Shown here: in pieces, positions 51,572 through 59,730 of the stretch
Layout: each line of letters opens with the position of its first letter
How positions within the stretch are numbered: position 1 is the stretch's first letter
From: Sphingomonadales bacterium
GTDB taxonomy: Bacteria; Pseudomonadota; Alphaproteobacteria; Sphingomonadales; Sphingomonadaceae
DNA length: 64,000 bases
Reading direction: 5' to 3'
NCBI GenBank assembly: GCA_043750535.1
Contig: JAYVBJ010000043.1
Span: 104,674 to 168,673 of the forward strand
Made by a program: the position numbers and the translations under genes
Notes under the pieces: generated by a model
Told to the model about the DNA's origin: nothing
Database searches by the model: none
Seen by the model: only the letters and a program-made list of their open reading frames with translations

Positions 51572-51961
51572 TACTGATCCTGAAACTCGATCACATCGGG
51601 GGATATCTCGAAAGTTGTCGTTGAGCCTTTGCCTGGGCCCGCTTCGTCAATCATGCGGAAGTGAACCATGTTACCCTCAAGCTTGCAATCGTAGGTGAAA
51701 ATTTGCCATCGTCTCGGGTTTAGGAGAGCCGGACAATGCTATCTGAAACATCTCCAACTTTTAAACGGGCGCTGGCAGTTCCATTTCGAAACGAGATACC
51801 GCCTCGACACACCCAAACCATGTCCTCTTCTGACAAAACCGTGGCGGTTGCAGAGACTGAGTTCGCGCGTAATTCTTTTGAGGCCGTCCCGTTTTCGGCC
51901 GGCTCACTTTCTGCACAGCAAGCCAAAGCAACACAAAGGGGTCTGAAATATTTGCTTTCAT
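51572..51961 (-). pseudogene. Degraded gene for a secreted or lipoprotein-like hypothetical protein
   Basis: Protein-like frame (..VWVCRGGISFRNG..IVRLS) hits TAA at 51720, then RDDGK and a shifted frame TYDCKLEGNMVHFRMIDEAGPG; boundaries approximate. Confidence 0.45.
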
Positions 51962-52081
51962 CCGCGCTTACTAAAAGACCGTTAGCGGCACGCCAATATA
52001 ACCTGCAAATAGCCAGACACATGTATCACCACGTTTCTCCTTCATTGGGCGAACGTTTTCATTTCGCTCCATCAACCAACA

Positions 52082-52588
52082 TTAATGCTTTTGCCCTTTG
52101 CTCCATTCCCAGCATTCGTCACGGCAGCGGTGATGGAATTCAATCGGGTCGTCCACGGTCAGGCCTAAGAGATGCGCGCCAGCAACAAACCCAGCTAAAG
52201 CCTCTTCACCAAGCTCGCCACCGAGCTATATTGCCTTGGTTGCCGCAGATTGCCGTAAGAAGGGGAAGGCCCCGCGCGTGCCAAATGTCGAGCAAGCGAT
52301 CTAGGTGGCCATTACTCCCATTCATTTGGTGCCTTTCCTTTGACCATTCACCCCGCTAGCTGCTGCAAGTGCGCCATAAGACCTGCAAGACTGTTGGAAC
52401 GCCGTTTCTTTCAGATGCTCAAGCGACAAGTCAAAATTAAGTTTGTGTGTCAGCTGCTCACGTCGGACGCGTTCTTCAAGCAAGTCACGGTAAAGCGGAG
52501 CAGTAGTTTTGCCAGCCGCCTCATGGTTGCGGATCCATGATTCGATCTCGGCATTTGTCTTTGATGTCAGTTCCACAGGTCGCTCCAA
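52082..52588 (-). pseudogene. Hypothetical protein with two frameshifts
   Basis: Coherent protein-like text across three frames: ..SYGALAAASGV / EWSKERHQMNG..LPLLTAIC / GELGEEALAGF..ECWEW. Confidence 0.6.
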
Positions 52589-53010
52589 TGACGAATTTAG
52601 AATGGCCGGCTGCCCATGCGTTGCGCGAGCCGAGTTATCTTGTTTGCATAGCCGAAGAGTAGCGCAGTTGCATTAATTTCAAGCTAAACGCTGCCTTCAC
52701 CAGACGTGACGCCGACTTTAAACCCAGCCCATTTTTGGCAAATTGTCATGAAACTGTTTATAGAAGGAGCGCGATCTCAAATTGGTCGCTATGCTGCTAC
52801 CAAAGTTGCGTCCGGTTTGCCAGACGCTGCCGACTGTCCGGTTTTGGCCTGCGCCTGAGGTAAACTGCCATTAGTTCACAGGAATCATTCTCACTTGGTT
52901 TACGATCGATCATCACAGGTTATATCTCCCTTGAACAAAACTGGCCTCTTCCAACCAACTCGGAGAATGTAAAATTGTAGTGGAAAGCGATCCGCAAAAA
53001 CATGCACGTT

Positions 53011-53036
53011 GTAACCATCATCGGGTCGCCGACGAA
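53011..53036 (+). promoter_or_regulatory. ECF sigma promoter motif
   Basis: GTAACC-N16-CGAA. Confidence 0.8.
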
Positions 53037-53080
53037 TGGACCGATAGTTACTGCAACACCTATGACAAAAAGGACTGAAA

Positions 53081-53419
53081 ATGCGCGCTGTGTTCACACT
53101 TTCCATACTTGCTTTTGCGGCATTGCTTGTCGCTCCACCGGCTTTAGCGTCGGGCACATCTGGCGGAGGTTATGGCAGCGGCAGCGGCAGCGGGTCTTAC
53201 CCTGCGACCACGCGCGACCCCGCAGCCGAGGCTTATGCCCGCGGCAAATCTATGGTCAAGAAGCGCATTGCTTGCAAGAAATGTGCTTATCCCCAAGGGG
53301 TGCAGGATACACCGACCGCGCAAAAAGTTGCCGCTAGTGTTCGTTCTGGTGAATTCGCGCTGAAGACTGCCGAGCGCGAACAGGTGCTTTACTATCTAGC
53401 TGAGCGTTTCGGGGCATGA
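53081..53419 (+). CDS. Small secreted CxxC protein (cytochrome-c-like pattern, no His ligand)
   Basis: Signal peptide ALA, Gly/Ser tract, RGK..IACKKCAY; paralog at 62616; RBS aagga. Confidence 0.8.
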   Translation: MRAVFTLSILAFAALLVAPPALASGTSGGGYGSGSGSGSYPATTRDPAAEAYARGKSMVKKRIACKKCAYPQGVQDTPTAQKVAASVRSGEFALKTAEREQVLYYLAERFGA

Positions 53420-53456
53420 TTGAAGCCTGCTTCGTCTGTTAGATTGTCCTGACACT

Positions 53457-55454
53457 GTGGCTGAAACGCGGTCTTTGGCTTCGCTTGCTTTGCTGTTGAC
53501 TGCGATCGCAGGGCTCGTCTTGCTATCGCAGCAGCGTGAGCCTGATGTCTTGACCTATATGTTGCTGCTAGCAGGTTCGGCGGCGGCGATCACGGCTATG
53601 CTGTGGCGCGTTGAGAATATCAGCGCACCTGTGGTCTTCGTCGGGGCGCTGGTGGCCCATGTCATTACTCTGGTGGGTGCGCCTGCATTTGAAGATGATT
53701 ATTTCCGCTTCATCTGGGATGGTTGGCAAACGCTGCAAAAAGGCACACCTTACGGTGTTGCGCCCGATCAGTTTTTTGCCGATGATAGCGTATCCCCTGC
53801 GTTGAAATCGATTTTGGACGGCGTCAACAATCCTGAATATCCGACGATTTACGGGCCGGTTTTGCAAATCAGCTTTGCCGTGGCATTTGCACTTTTTGGG
53901 CCAAATCCGCTTGGTCTCCAACTGCTGTTTGCGGGCGTAAATCTGCTGTTGATTGGCGTGCTGTTGCGACGACACACACCCGCGAAGGTGGCACTTTATG
54001 CATGGAGCCCGCTCGTCATTGCAGAAACGAGTCTGCATTTGCATCCTGACGGGTTGCTGGGTGCGGCGCTGTTTGTAGCGATCCTGGCAGGTCAAAAGCG
54101 GCCCATATTAGCGGGCCTATTTTTCGGGCTGGCCGCTGGCATCAAGCTTGTGGCTCTGGCGGCGTGGCCGTTGCTGCTGCGTTTGCGTCTGCGGGCGCTT
54201 GTGACTGCGATTGCGTCGCTTGGCGGCCTTTATCTGCTGTTTCTCGTTCAAGGCCAAGGTGCAGGTTTTGATTCAACGGCGACGTTTGCCAAGCTTTGGC
54301 ATTTCAATCCGCTGTTGTACGAACCGTTGTTTCAGCTATCTGGATGGCAATCAGGACGCATGCTTGCGTTGCTGATTGCCGGATTACTGGTGCTGTGGCT
54401 CCACGCCCGCAGTCGTTCGATCGACGATGTTCCGTTGGCGGCCATTTTTGGCATCATCTTGCTGTTCGCCCCAGCGGTAAACAGCTGGTATCTGCTGTGG
54501 CTGCTTCCCTTTGCGGTGGGCCGGACGCAGATTTGGCCCTTTGCCGCGACGATAGCATTGCCATTTTCTTATCTGACAGGGCTAAATCTGGGCGATCCGG
54601 AATTGGAGGCATTTGCCGTTCACCCGCTGGCGCGCATCGCAGAGGTAACGATCCTGTCGTTGGCCCTCATCCATGATTGGCGGACCAACCGCCGTGCAAA
54701 GCTGAACGGCGAGATTGCGCTTACATCACCGCTGGCGGCGCCCAAGATCGCGGTAATCATGCCCGCGTTGAACGAGGAAGCTGCAATCGGCGGCGTCATT
54801 ACGAGCATCCGCAAGGCACTGCCCGAAAACTTGAAGCAAGTGATTGTCGTCGATAATGGCTGCACCGACGACACTGCTGCGGTCGCAGTGGCTAACGGCG
54901 CGATGGTCGTTACCGAAGCCCAGCGGGGCTACGGCGCTGCCTGCCTGACTGGCATTGACTGGCTCGATAAGGATATCGACATTGTCCTGTTTCTTGACAG
55001 CGACGGTTCCGATGTCGTGGCGGATGCGCCAAAGATCATAGCACCGATCACTGCAGGCAAAGCCGATCTTGTCATTGGCTCGCGTTCGCTGGGTGAAATG
55101 GAACGCGGCGCGATGACCGTGCCCCAGCGATATGGCAATTGGCTCGCGCCGCTGTTGGTTCGGCTGATTTGGGGTGTGCGCTATACCGACCTTGGACCGT
55201 TCCGGGCGATCCGGCGAAGCAGCCTGCATGCGCTTATTATGCAGGACCGCGACTTTGGCTGGACCATCGAAATGCAGGTCCGCGCGGCGAAGCAAGGATT
55301 GCGGACATTGGAGATACCAACCGGCTATCGACGCCGCATCGGTATTTCGAAAATTTCAGGCACTATCGACGGCGTGGTTAAAGCTGGTGTCAAAATTCTG
55401 TATGTGATTGGCCGCGAAGCCTTTGGCGATTTTGATGCTGTTCGGCGATCATAG
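53457..55454 (+). CDS. Fusion of a polytopic GT-C (GT87/DUF2029-like) domain and a GT2 polyprenol-phosphate glycosyltransferase domain
   Basis: N-terminal 'EDDYFRFIWDG..NNPEYPTIYGP' plus many TMs; C-terminal 'PALNEE..VVDNGCTD..RGYGAAC..DSDGSD..TDLGPFRAI..GWTIEMQ'. Confidence 0.85.
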   Translation: MAETRSLASLALLLTAIAGLVLLSQQREPDVLTYMLLLAGSAAAITAMLWRVENISAPVVFVGALVAHVITLVGAPAFEDDYFRFIWDGWQTLQKGTPYGVAPDQFFADDSVSPALKSILDGVNNPEYPTIYGPVLQISFAVAFALFGPNPLGLQLLFAGVNLLLIGVLLRRHTPAKVALYAWSPLVIAETSLHLHPDGLLGAALFVAILAGQKRPILAGLFFGLAAGIKLVALAAWPLLLRLRLRALVTAIASLGGLYLLFLVQGQGAGFDSTATFAKLWHFNPLLYEPLFQLSGWQSGRMLALLIAGLLVLWLHARSRSIDDVPLAAIFGIILLFAPAVNSWYLLWLLPFAVGRTQIWPFAATIALPFSYLTGLNLGDPELEAFAVHPLARIAEVTILSLALIHDWRTNRRAKLNGEIALTSPLAAPKIAVIMPALNEEAAIGGVITSIRKALPENLKQVIVVDNGCTDDTAAVAVANGAMVVTEAQRGYGAACLTGIDWLDKDIDIVLFLDSDGSDVVADAPKIIAPITAGKADLVIGSRSLGEMERGAMTVPQRYGNWLAPLLVRLIWGVRYTDLGPFRAIRRSSLHALIMQDRDFGWTIEMQVRAAKQGLRTLEIPTGYRRRIGISKISGTIDGVVKAGVKILYVIGREAFGDFDAVRRS

Positions 55455-55483
55455 CGAACTGATTTCCAAAAAATGCCCGGGTT

Positions 55484-55509
55484 GAAACCTTTTACCAAAG
55501 CGAGCCGAA
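55484..55509 (+). promoter_or_regulatory. ECF sigma promoter motif (one mismatch)
   Basis: GAAACC-N16-CGAA. Confidence 0.65.
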
Positions 55510-55549
55510 TTGCAGTCGACCTCAGAGCTTTTCGAAAGATGCATTCCCC

Positions 55550-55780
55550 ATGAATAAAATCTTGATTGCCGCAGCGATCATCACCCTTGCTTTCCTGCTC
55601 TACCGCTTTGGCCTGGCCATGCGGCATGGGCTGGGTCTCAACAAAATTTTGGGCACCGTTCACGCCTACCCCACGATGATAGAGGCAAATAAATTTGCCG
55701 CTGGTAAATGGAAAAAGGCTAATGCTCCCGAATGGGCCTTCACATGGCTGGAAAAATTCCATAGCTGGCGGCAGGGATAA
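55550..55780 (+). CDS. Small hypothetical protein with an N-terminal TM
   Basis: Follows the promoter motif; stop abuts the RBS (taaggag) of the next gene. Confidence 0.55.
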   Translation: MNKILIAAAIITLAFLLYRFGLAMRHGLGLNKILGTVHAYPTMIEANKFAAGKWKKANAPEWAFTWLEKFHSWRQG

Positions 55781-55788
55781 GGAGAGAG

Positions 55789-56214
55789 ATGATGAAGGCA
55801 CTGTCATTGTTATTTTTACGGGTTTCAACGGGCCTTCTCTGCATGATCTGGGGACTGATCCGTATTGGCAAACCGTCGATCGGTGCCATGGTCAACGGCA
55901 AATATTATGGCGGCATCCTGTCGGGTGAGACAGCGCAATATATCTGGGGTGGATTTCTGTTAGTCGTCGGCCTGCTCACCATATTGGGCTTGTTGCGGCG
56001 CTATGCCTATCCGCTGCAGTCAGCGATCCTGTGTGTTGGCGCGCTTGGTATCTGGAAATACTTGCTTGATCCGCTGGGCCTGTGGTTGCTTGACGAAAAA
56101 AGCGCGCAGGTATTGTTCTTCCCGTCATTGGGCATGGCCGCTGCAACGCTTGTGCTGATTGCCTTCCGCGATGATGATCGCATCGCTCTTGATCGCAAAA
56201 TTGGCCGCCAATGA
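55789..56214 (+). CDS. DoxX-like membrane protein
   Basis: 'LLFLRVSTG..WG', 'VGLLTILGL.RR', about 4 TMs, 'IALDR'. Confidence 0.75.
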   Translation: MMKALSLLFLRVSTGLLCMIWGLIRIGKPSIGAMVNGKYYGGILSGETAQYIWGGFLLVVGLLTILGLLRRYAYPLQSAILCVGALGIWKYLLDPLGLWLLDEKSAQVLFFPSLGMAAATLVLIAFRDDDRIALDRKIGRQ

Positions 56215-56798
56215 CTGTAGTACCGCGACTTGTCCTGTTCGCGCGCTACCCGGTCGCGGGCGAATGCAAGACCCGTTTGATCCCGGCGTTGGGGGCTGAA
56301 GGTGCCGCATCACTGCACCGCAAACTCACCGCACGCACCATCTGTGTGCTGCGCGCGAGCGGTGCTCCCGTCACACTTGCTTATACTGGCGCGGTACAGG
56401 ATGATTTTGAGCGCTGGCTGGGTAGCGACATCGCGTTGGTTGAGCAGGTGGACGGCGACCTAACCGACAAGTTACTCGCATGCCTCAACCCAGCACCCTT
56501 GATATTTTTCGGTGCTGACACACCTGATCTTGGCGCAAGTCATGTCGCGGCGGCAATAGCAGCCCTGCAGAAGCATGAAGTCGTGATTGGCCCGGCGGAA
56601 GATGGCGGCTATTATCTGATCGGAATGCGCAATGCCTTACCCCAATTGTTTGTCGACATGCCGTGGAGCACAGAACAGGTGCTGCCCGAAACACTGGCGC
56701 GGCTGGCGCGGCTTGGGATCACGCCTTTGCTTCTAGAAACATTATCCGATTGCGACCGGCCCGATGACCTTGCCCGCTGGCCAGACCTTTCACCATGA
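56211..56798 (+). CDS. TIGR04282/DUF2064 family (CofC-like) transferase
   Basis: FARYPVAGECKTRL, QVDGDL, GADTPDL, VIGPAEDGGYYLIG, PWST, DCDRPDDL. Confidence 0.9.
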   Translation: MTVVPRLVLFARYPVAGECKTRLIPALGAEGAASLHRKLTARTICVLRASGAPVTLAYTGAVQDDFERWLGSDIALVEQVDGDLTDKLLACLNPAPLIFFGADTPDLGASHVAAAIAALQKHEVVIGPAEDGGYYLIGMRNALPQLFVDMPWSTEQVLPETLARLARLGITPLLLETLSDCDRPDDLARWPDLSP

Positions 56799-57523
56799 TC
56801 CGTGTTACCATCCTCATCCCAACATATAATGAAGAAAAAGCGCTGCCCGAAACGCTGGCGTCGCTTGCCCGCCTCTCTCCTCCACCCAATGAAATCTTGT
56901 TGGTCGACGGCGGGAGTGAGGATCAAACGCAGGAAATTGCGCGCGCCGCAGGGATAAAAACTATCGAAGCCCCGCGCAAAGGCAGAGGTACGCAGATCAA
57001 TCATGGCGTTCAATCGGCCACAGGCGATGTCATCTGCGTGCTGCACGCAGACTCGATATTACCCGAAGATGCCGTTGCGGTGATCCGCGCCACCATGTCA
57101 GACACGCGGATCGCACTTGCAAGCTTTACGCCGCGCCTTGCCGGACCGAGCGGAACCCGGTGGGGCTCGACATTCCACAACTGGATCAAGACATGGTATG
57201 CCCCTTTGCTCACCCGGCCACATTTGTTTTTTGGCGGAGTGCGGCTGCTGTTCGGTGATCATGCTATGTTTTTCCGGCGCGAACATTTCCTTGCCGTTGA
57301 TGGCTGTGATGAGCGTCTCGTCGTCATGGAAGAGGCTGACCTGTGCATCAAATTCGCGCGCTTTGGCCGAACAAAAATGGTGCCGCGCTGGGTTTGGACA
57401 TCGGACCGGCGGATCACCGAATGGGGCCGATGGCGGGCGAATTGGATTTATTTCAAGGTTGGAATGATGTGGGCCCTTGGCGCACGTGCACGGTTGGCGG
57501 AACATTATCCGGATGTGCGGTGA
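56795..57523 (+). CDS. TIGR04283-like GT2 glycosyltransferase
   Basis: IPTYNEE, VDGGSED, GRGTQIN.G, LHADS, FGDHAMF, MEE, TSDRR. Confidence 0.88.
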   Translation: MIRVTILIPTYNEEKALPETLASLARLSPPPNEILLVDGGSEDQTQEIARAAGIKTIEAPRKGRGTQINHGVQSATGDVICVLHADSILPEDAVAVIRATMSDTRIALASFTPRLAGPSGTRWGSTFHNWIKTWYAPLLTRPHLFFGGVRLLFGDHAMFFRREHFLAVDGCDERLVVMEEADLCIKFARFGRTKMVPRWVWTSDRRITEWGRWRANWIYFKVGMMWALGARARLAEHYPDVR

Positions 57524-57535
57524 TTGCGGTTTACT

Positions 57536-58582
57536 TCAACAGCAGGACGCCGCCTGCGCCTCTTGCGACACATCATAGGGTAGCCCGCCGCCACATCCGG
57601 TGAACACGCCGAAATGGCGGCTGAAATCGCCGATGAAGTCGAAATGCGAGGCAAAGCGAGTGCCAGCCAGCATTTTCCAGCTGTTGCCGCATACCGGGAA
57701 CGCCCGGCCTGCTTCTATCATATGATATTTATCAAGGGTGAAGACGCGTTCTTCGCCGATGATGTCACCGCGATAGACGACGGCCTGGCCATAATCTTCG
57801 CATTCCGGCTCCAGCCCGGCCAGCTTGAACAATCGAGAGGTGGCAGAGAAGAAGTGGATACCATCGAGCTTATCGGCAATTTCAGTATCACCAATGCCCA
57901 GCGGGCGGTCTTTCACAAGTCGCGGATCATCGAAACCGGCGCGCTTGGCATGGGCGAGAAAATCACCCCAATAGAGCGCACCCGACAGGCACTCGCCATG
58001 TAGCACCGGATCGGCAAGCAAATGCACAGGCACGCGGCGATCAGAATAGACGTCGGAAAAATACATCTCGCCGCCCGGTTTAAGCAGGCGATGCGCAGCC
58101 TCAAACACTGCGGCCTTATCGGCGACCAGATTAATCACACAGTTGGAGACGATCACGTCAAAGCTTTCCGGTTCCAGATCCAGGCTGCCCAGTTGCTCAA
58201 CATCGCCCTCAATGAAACGCACATTGCTCTTGGCATAGCCAAAACGATCCCGGTGCCAGTCCAGATGAGCGTTCGCAACGGCCAGCTGTTCCGGGGTGGT
58301 GTCTACGCCGACAACCTCACCGCTCTCTCCCACCAATTGTGCAAGGAGATAGGCATCCTGCCCCGACCCTGAACCTAGATCGAGAATACGCGCCCCTTCT
58401 ATGGCTGATGGAGCCACAAGCCCACACCCATAATAGCGCGCCTTCACCTCTTCATGCACATTGGATAGCGCACGGCGGACATACGGCGGCGGCGCATCGG
58501 CCATGGTGCAGGCATCGGTGAGCAGGTCGCCAGAGCCTTGCAACACTTCACCATAATAGTTGCGGCTGTTTTCGATGTTCAT
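57536..58582 (-). CDS. arsM: As(III) S-adenosylmethionine methyltransferase (ArsM/AS3MT-like)
   Basis: YYGEVL..DL.TDAC, YYGCG, LDLGSGSG, SNCVINL, GECLSGALYW, C-terminal CC. Confidence 0.88.
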   Translation of the reverse strand: MNIENSRNYYGEVLQGSGDLLTDACTMADAPPPYVRRALSNVHEEVKARYYGCGLVAPSAIEGARILDLGSGSGQDAYLLAQLVGESGEVVGVDTTPEQLAVANAHLDWHRDRFGYAKSNVRFIEGDVEQLGSLDLEPESFDVIVSNCVINLVADKAAVFEAAHRLLKPGGEMYFSDVYSDRRVPVHLLADPVLHGECLSGALYWGDFLAHAKRAGFDDPRLVKDRPLGIGDTEIADKLDGIHFFSATSRLFKLAGLEPECEDYGQAVVYRGDIIGEERVFTLDKYHMIEAGRAFPVCGNSWKMLAGTRFASHFDFIGDFSRHFGVFTGCGGGLPYDVSQEAQAASCC

Positions 58583-58620
58583 TTAAATTTCCATTTGCTG
58601 GGTATATTATCAAAAAACGG

Positions 58621-58646
58621 TTCGTCTAAAACGATGTTTTTGTTAC
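58621..58646 (-). promoter_or_regulatory. ECF sigma promoter motif for arsM
   Basis: Minus strand GTAACA-N16-CGAA. Confidence 0.8.
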
Positions 58647-58673
58647 AGCATCAATGGCAGCAGGCCATGAAAT

Positions 58674-58699
58674 GTAACCTTTGAACGTCGGAGATCGAA
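58674..58699 (+). promoter_or_regulatory. ECF sigma promoter motif for the radical SAM gene
   Basis: GTAACC-N16-CGAA. Confidence 0.8.
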
Positions 58700-58707
58700 A
58701 CAGAGGC

Positions 58708-59670
58708 ATGAACCAGCCCATATCTCCATTCGCGCTTCAAGGCGCACATCCATTGTCACCGCAAAAATTTTCTGACCCGATTATGACGGCAAAAGGTGAG
58801 CTGCGGGCGCATGTCACAATGACTGGCCTGACTACCCTGTGGTTCAACACCGGCACCTTGTGCAATCTTTCCTGCAAAAGCTGTTACATCGAAAGCTCGC
58901 CGACCAACGACGCGCTTGTCTATATTAGCTTGGATGAGGTTCGCTGTTATCTTGATGAGATTGCCCGCGACGGACTAGCCACGCATGAGATAGCCTTTAC
59001 GGGCGGCGAACCGTTCATGAACCGGGAGATGATACCGATCATCCAGCTGTGCCTGGACCGTGGCTTTGATGTGCTCGTGCTATCGAACGCCATGCGCCCG
59101 ATGCAGCGGTTTGAACGCGAATTGCTGGCGCTGCATGGCCGCGAGCGTTTGACGATCCGCGTTAGCCTCGATCATCACACGCAAGAAGTGCATGAGGCGG
59201 AGCGCGGGCCAGATAGCTGGGACAAAGCGATGGGCGGCCTAGTCTGGCTCGGCAACAACGGCTTTGCCATTGCCGTCGCCGGACGCCATTTGGGTAATGA
59301 GGCAGATGCGGCGGCGCGAGACGGCTACGCCCAGCTGTTTGCCGACAATGGCCTGTCAATCAATGCGAATGATCCGACCCAGCTCGTGCTGTTCCCGGAA
59401 ATAGACGAAAACGCCGACATTGCGGAAATCTCCACCGGCTGCTGGGATATATTGAACATCAATCCTGCGAGCATGATGTGTGCGTCCAGCCGGATGGTGG
59501 TAAAGCGCAAGGACGAAAATGCCCCGCGCGTCGCGGCATGCACCTTGCTGCCCTATCAGGCGGATTTTGATATGGGCGCTACACTTGCCGAGGCTAGCCG
59601 CGAGGTGCGGCTCAACCACCCGCACTGTGCTCGCTTCTGCGTGCTTGGCGGGGCAAGCTGTTCGGCGTGA
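58708..59670 (+). CDS. Radical SAM protein with Cys-rich C-terminus (ArsS-like)
   Basis: CNLSCKSC, FTGGEPF, MMCASSR, HPHCARFCVLGGASC; ATG 58708 lies downstream of the promoter motif. Confidence 0.85.
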   Translation: MNQPISPFALQGAHPLSPQKFSDPIMTAKGELRAHVTMTGLTTLWFNTGTLCNLSCKSCYIESSPTNDALVYISLDEVRCYLDEIARDGLATHEIAFTGGEPFMNREMIPIIQLCLDRGFDVLVLSNAMRPMQRFERELLALHGRERLTIRVSLDHHTQEVHEAERGPDSWDKAMGGLVWLGNNGFAIAVAGRHLGNEADAAARDGYAQLFADNGLSINANDPTQLVLFPEIDENADIAEISTGCWDILNINPASMMCASSRMVVKRKDENAPRVAACTLLPYQADFDMGATLAEASREVRLNHPHCARFCVLGGASCSA

Positions 59671-59671
59671 T

Positions 59672-59697
59672 GTAACAAATCTCAGCGCCAGAACGAA
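59672..59697 (+). promoter_or_regulatory. ECF sigma promoter motif for the PiT transporter
   Basis: GTAACA-N16-CGAA. Confidence 0.8.
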
Positions 59698-59730
59698 CAG
59701 CTTGAAAACCCAAATTAATATGGAGTTCTC

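Noticed and set aside
51736-52359. 207-aa plus-strand ORF
   Set aside because: It lies antisense to two more protein-like, broken minus-strand frames and has no recognisable features.
53081-53419. Calling the small CxxC proteins c-type cytochromes or RiPP precursors
   Set aside because: There is no His after CxxC, and no RRE/SPASM domain, peptidase or MNIO enzyme nearby. Kept only as cytochrome-c-like by pattern.
56211-59670. Selenium / selenoprotein system (TIGR04282/04283 were first described as rSAM/selenodomain-associated)
   Set aside because: No selD, selA or selB in the window. The TGA stops of arsM (SCC*) and the radical SAM (CSA*) fall at natural C-termini, and the ArsM motifs point to arsenic.
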